64,000 bases of DNA from Patescibacteria group bacterium (GTDB lineage Bacteria > Patescibacteriota > Minisyncoccia > Phycocordibacterales > UBA918): NCBI GenBank assembly GCA_019750255.1, contig JAIEOU010000005.1, positions 14,078 to 78,077 of the forward strand, written 5' to 3'. This document shows, piece after piece, positions 61,841 to 64,000 of this stretch. The notes beneath the pieces are model-generated. The model ran no database searches and had not been told where the DNA came from. It saw nothing but the letters and a program-made list of their open reading frames with translations. The translations under genes and the position numbers were made by a program. The stretch's first letter is position 1. The number at the start of each line of letters is the position of its first letter.

Positions 61841-62632
61841 ATGATTCGTTTACCGCATCCGTTTCTTCGAGGAATGATCGCTGGTATTTTTGTTATCGCA
61901 TCAGGCCTCGCTTCGGTTAGTACATTTAATTTTGCCCGTACCGGCGAGGCGTGGCAGCAGTGGCAAGCAGGAAGACTGAGTGCGTCTAGTTTCTATTTTC
62001 AGCGCGGCAATTATTACTTTGGTGGTACAGAATATGACGTTGATAAGGCGCTTGCCAGCTTTGAAAAGGCGCTCAGGTACGATAATGTTCATAATGACCC
62101 GATTAGATATCAGATCGGCAGGGTTTATTTTATTAAAGGCGATTTAACGAAAGCGCTCAGCGAGTTTGATGCGCAGCTCGCGGAGGATCCGGACTATGTG
62201 AAGGCATATTATATGCGCGGTCTCACCTACGGCTACCGGCATCAGTTTAAACAAGCTGAAGAGGATTTTTTACGGTATATAGAAGTCGTGCCAGAGAGTT
62301 GGGCAGCGCATAATGATCTTGTCTGGGTGTACTTTCGCTCAGGTCAGTATGAGAAAGCAGAAAAATACGCTCGGGCGGGATTACAATTTGCTCCGGGTAA
62401 CGCCTGGCTCTCTAACGCGCTTGGAGCAATTTTAATTAATCAGAAGCGCTACGCTGAAGCTAAAGAGCCTTTAGAGGTTGCCTTGGCCGGGTTTACTGGT
62501 ATGGGAGCGGAAGGATGGGGAGTTGCCTATCCGGGTAATGACCCGGCGATATACCAGCAGGGCTATGAAGCATCTGTTAAATCGGCAGAGGACAATTTGC
62601 GAGTAGTGCGGGAGAATGTAGAAGTCGAGTAA
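61841..62632 (+). CDS. Membrane-anchored TPR protein
   Basis: N-terminal hydrophobic segment, several TPR repeats (AYYMRGLTY, LSNALGAIL). Confidence 0.88.
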   Translation: MIRLPHPFLRGMIAGIFVIASGLASVSTFNFARTGEAWQQWQAGRLSASSFYFQRGNYYFGGTEYDVDKALASFEKALRYDNVHNDPIRYQIGRVYFIKGDLTKALSEFDAQLAEDPDYVKAYYMRGLTYGYRHQFKQAEEDFLRYIEVVPESWAAHNDLVWVYFRSGQYEKAEKYARAGLQFAPGNAWLSNALGAILINQKRYAEAKEPLEVALAGFTGMGAEGWGVAYPGNDPAIYQQGYEASVKSAEDNLRVVRENVEVE

Positions 62633-62763
62633 TTTCAAGATCACGTCCGCATAGTTCTGGTTGTTGATATATAAAGGTGTATAAGCATTATTTATACGTT
62701 CGCGACTTGCTATATAATAAATCAGTGGCTTTCTTCTCTATAAAATCAGGGGTATGTGCAAGA

Positions 62764-64000
62764 GTGATTGCATTGCGTAATCAGGAGGCACTGTTTTTGG
62801 GCGGTGTTATAAGCGTCCTTGTTCTTTTTTTGTTTATAGTTTTTTTTATACAGTAGTACAGTCGGACCCGGTCCCAACAGCTTGCATACGGCTGAGCTTG
62901 AATATGCGACCTACTCCCTCGCTACCGGTGAGTCGGGTGGTTCAGTCATTCCTGCTTCGTGCGATTCAAATCCAAGGGAGGCACACAGAGCGGGGGACTT
63001 AGATGGTTGTCTTAATTGGATACCTTATTGCACCGGTGCAGAAGGAGGGGCGAATGATTGGCAGTGGTGGGAATATACCGATTCTGATCCTTTTGTGGGA
63101 CGTCAGACAAGATTTTTAAGGGCGGGTGACGGCTCTTGTGTGCCCCCGACTGTTGTAAACTGGACCACGTACTGCACTGGTGGCGCTGATGTTAATGGTA
63201 ATAATTGGCAGTGGTGGCAATACTCTGATCAGCAACCTCCTCAGTATAGATTTTTGAGGCCAGGGGATGGGTCGTGTGCCCCCGGTCCGCGGGGTGACGT
63301 GCCATGGATTAACGCTTCATGTTACAACGCGCAAAATAACATGTACTTTGATTGGGGTCCCGTTGTGGCTGATCGGTACGGCTTAAGCTTTTCGGGCTTA
63401 TCAGCTGGTGAGTGTGCGGCGATGGGTTGGACATATGAAACGGTAGGAAATTCTTGCTACCACCTTAACTGGCCGACTGCGTGGACCGCGGTTTCTTTGG
63501 GAGCAGGAGGGTCATATAATCTTGGCAACATGACCGGACGTACGGTAAGTCTATCAGTTATTGCTGGATTACCCTGGGGTAACTGGACTGGAAGGTGGTT
63601 AACCTGCCGTCCGCCGACAGTTGCTCCTACTGGCCTCGCGCGTACCTGTGGGGCTGGGGGAACTAGCGCCACCATTACCTGGAATCAAGTACCGGGGGCG
63701 GTCCGTTATCTACCCCGCCTGCAAGGAATGACTCCCGCTCAGTGTGCAGCTAATGGGCTGACTTTATGGACTGATAACGTTACGTGCTACCACAATAACT
63801 GGACGTCTACATCCCTGACGGTAGCAATAACTCCTGATACCTGGCACAGCTTTTGGGTGCACGCCGGTGATTCGGTGGGTGATGCTAGTGTGGGACTGGG
63901 CTTCTCGTGCCCGTCGACGGCACCACCCATACCACCACCTACAGCGGTTACTGGGTCATGCAGTGCTGATGGTCGAACAGGTACGTTTTCGTGGACCGCT
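62764..64000 (+). pseudogene. Cys/Trp-rich repeat surface protein, frameshifted at T8 (62840-62847); runs off window end
   Basis: GTG 62764 frame encodes a TM/signal segment and stops at 62854-62856; the +1 frame is open from 62840 to 64000 with internal repeats. Confidence 0.7.

Overview
Chromosomal window from a small-genome bacterium. Gene content and style point to Patescibacteria/CPR, Parcubacteria-like (inference; code 11). It holds a complete type IV pilus locus (pilB, receiver, pilT, pilC, two tandem major pilins, pilD, minor pilins) and housekeeping genes (ligA, gatC/A, prfB, ftsE/X, pyrG, murJ, lepA, valS, tsaD, RNase P RNA). It also has nine tRNA genes, a divergent zinc-homeostasis cluster with two perfect 7-1-7 operators, and several membrane or secreted proteins. 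Most notable: (1) a family of non-coding, covarying hairpin elements at gene 3' ends; one ~115-nt core recurs behind three different tRNAs (Gln, Val, more divergent at Phe), each time bracketed by antisense and sense copies of that host tRNA's own 3' end, and related modules sit at the stop codons of pilC, valS and lepA; (2) a 195-nt group I intron splitting tRNA-Thr(GGU) at 36/37; (3) two paralogous HTH/LAGLIDADG-like ORFs that each end inside the 5' part of a tRNA gene, one being the intron-bearing tRNA; (4) tandem pilins with a homogenised 5' block; (5) a Cys/Trp-repeat surface protein frameshifted at a T8 tract. All alignments and folds were done by eye; no searches were run.
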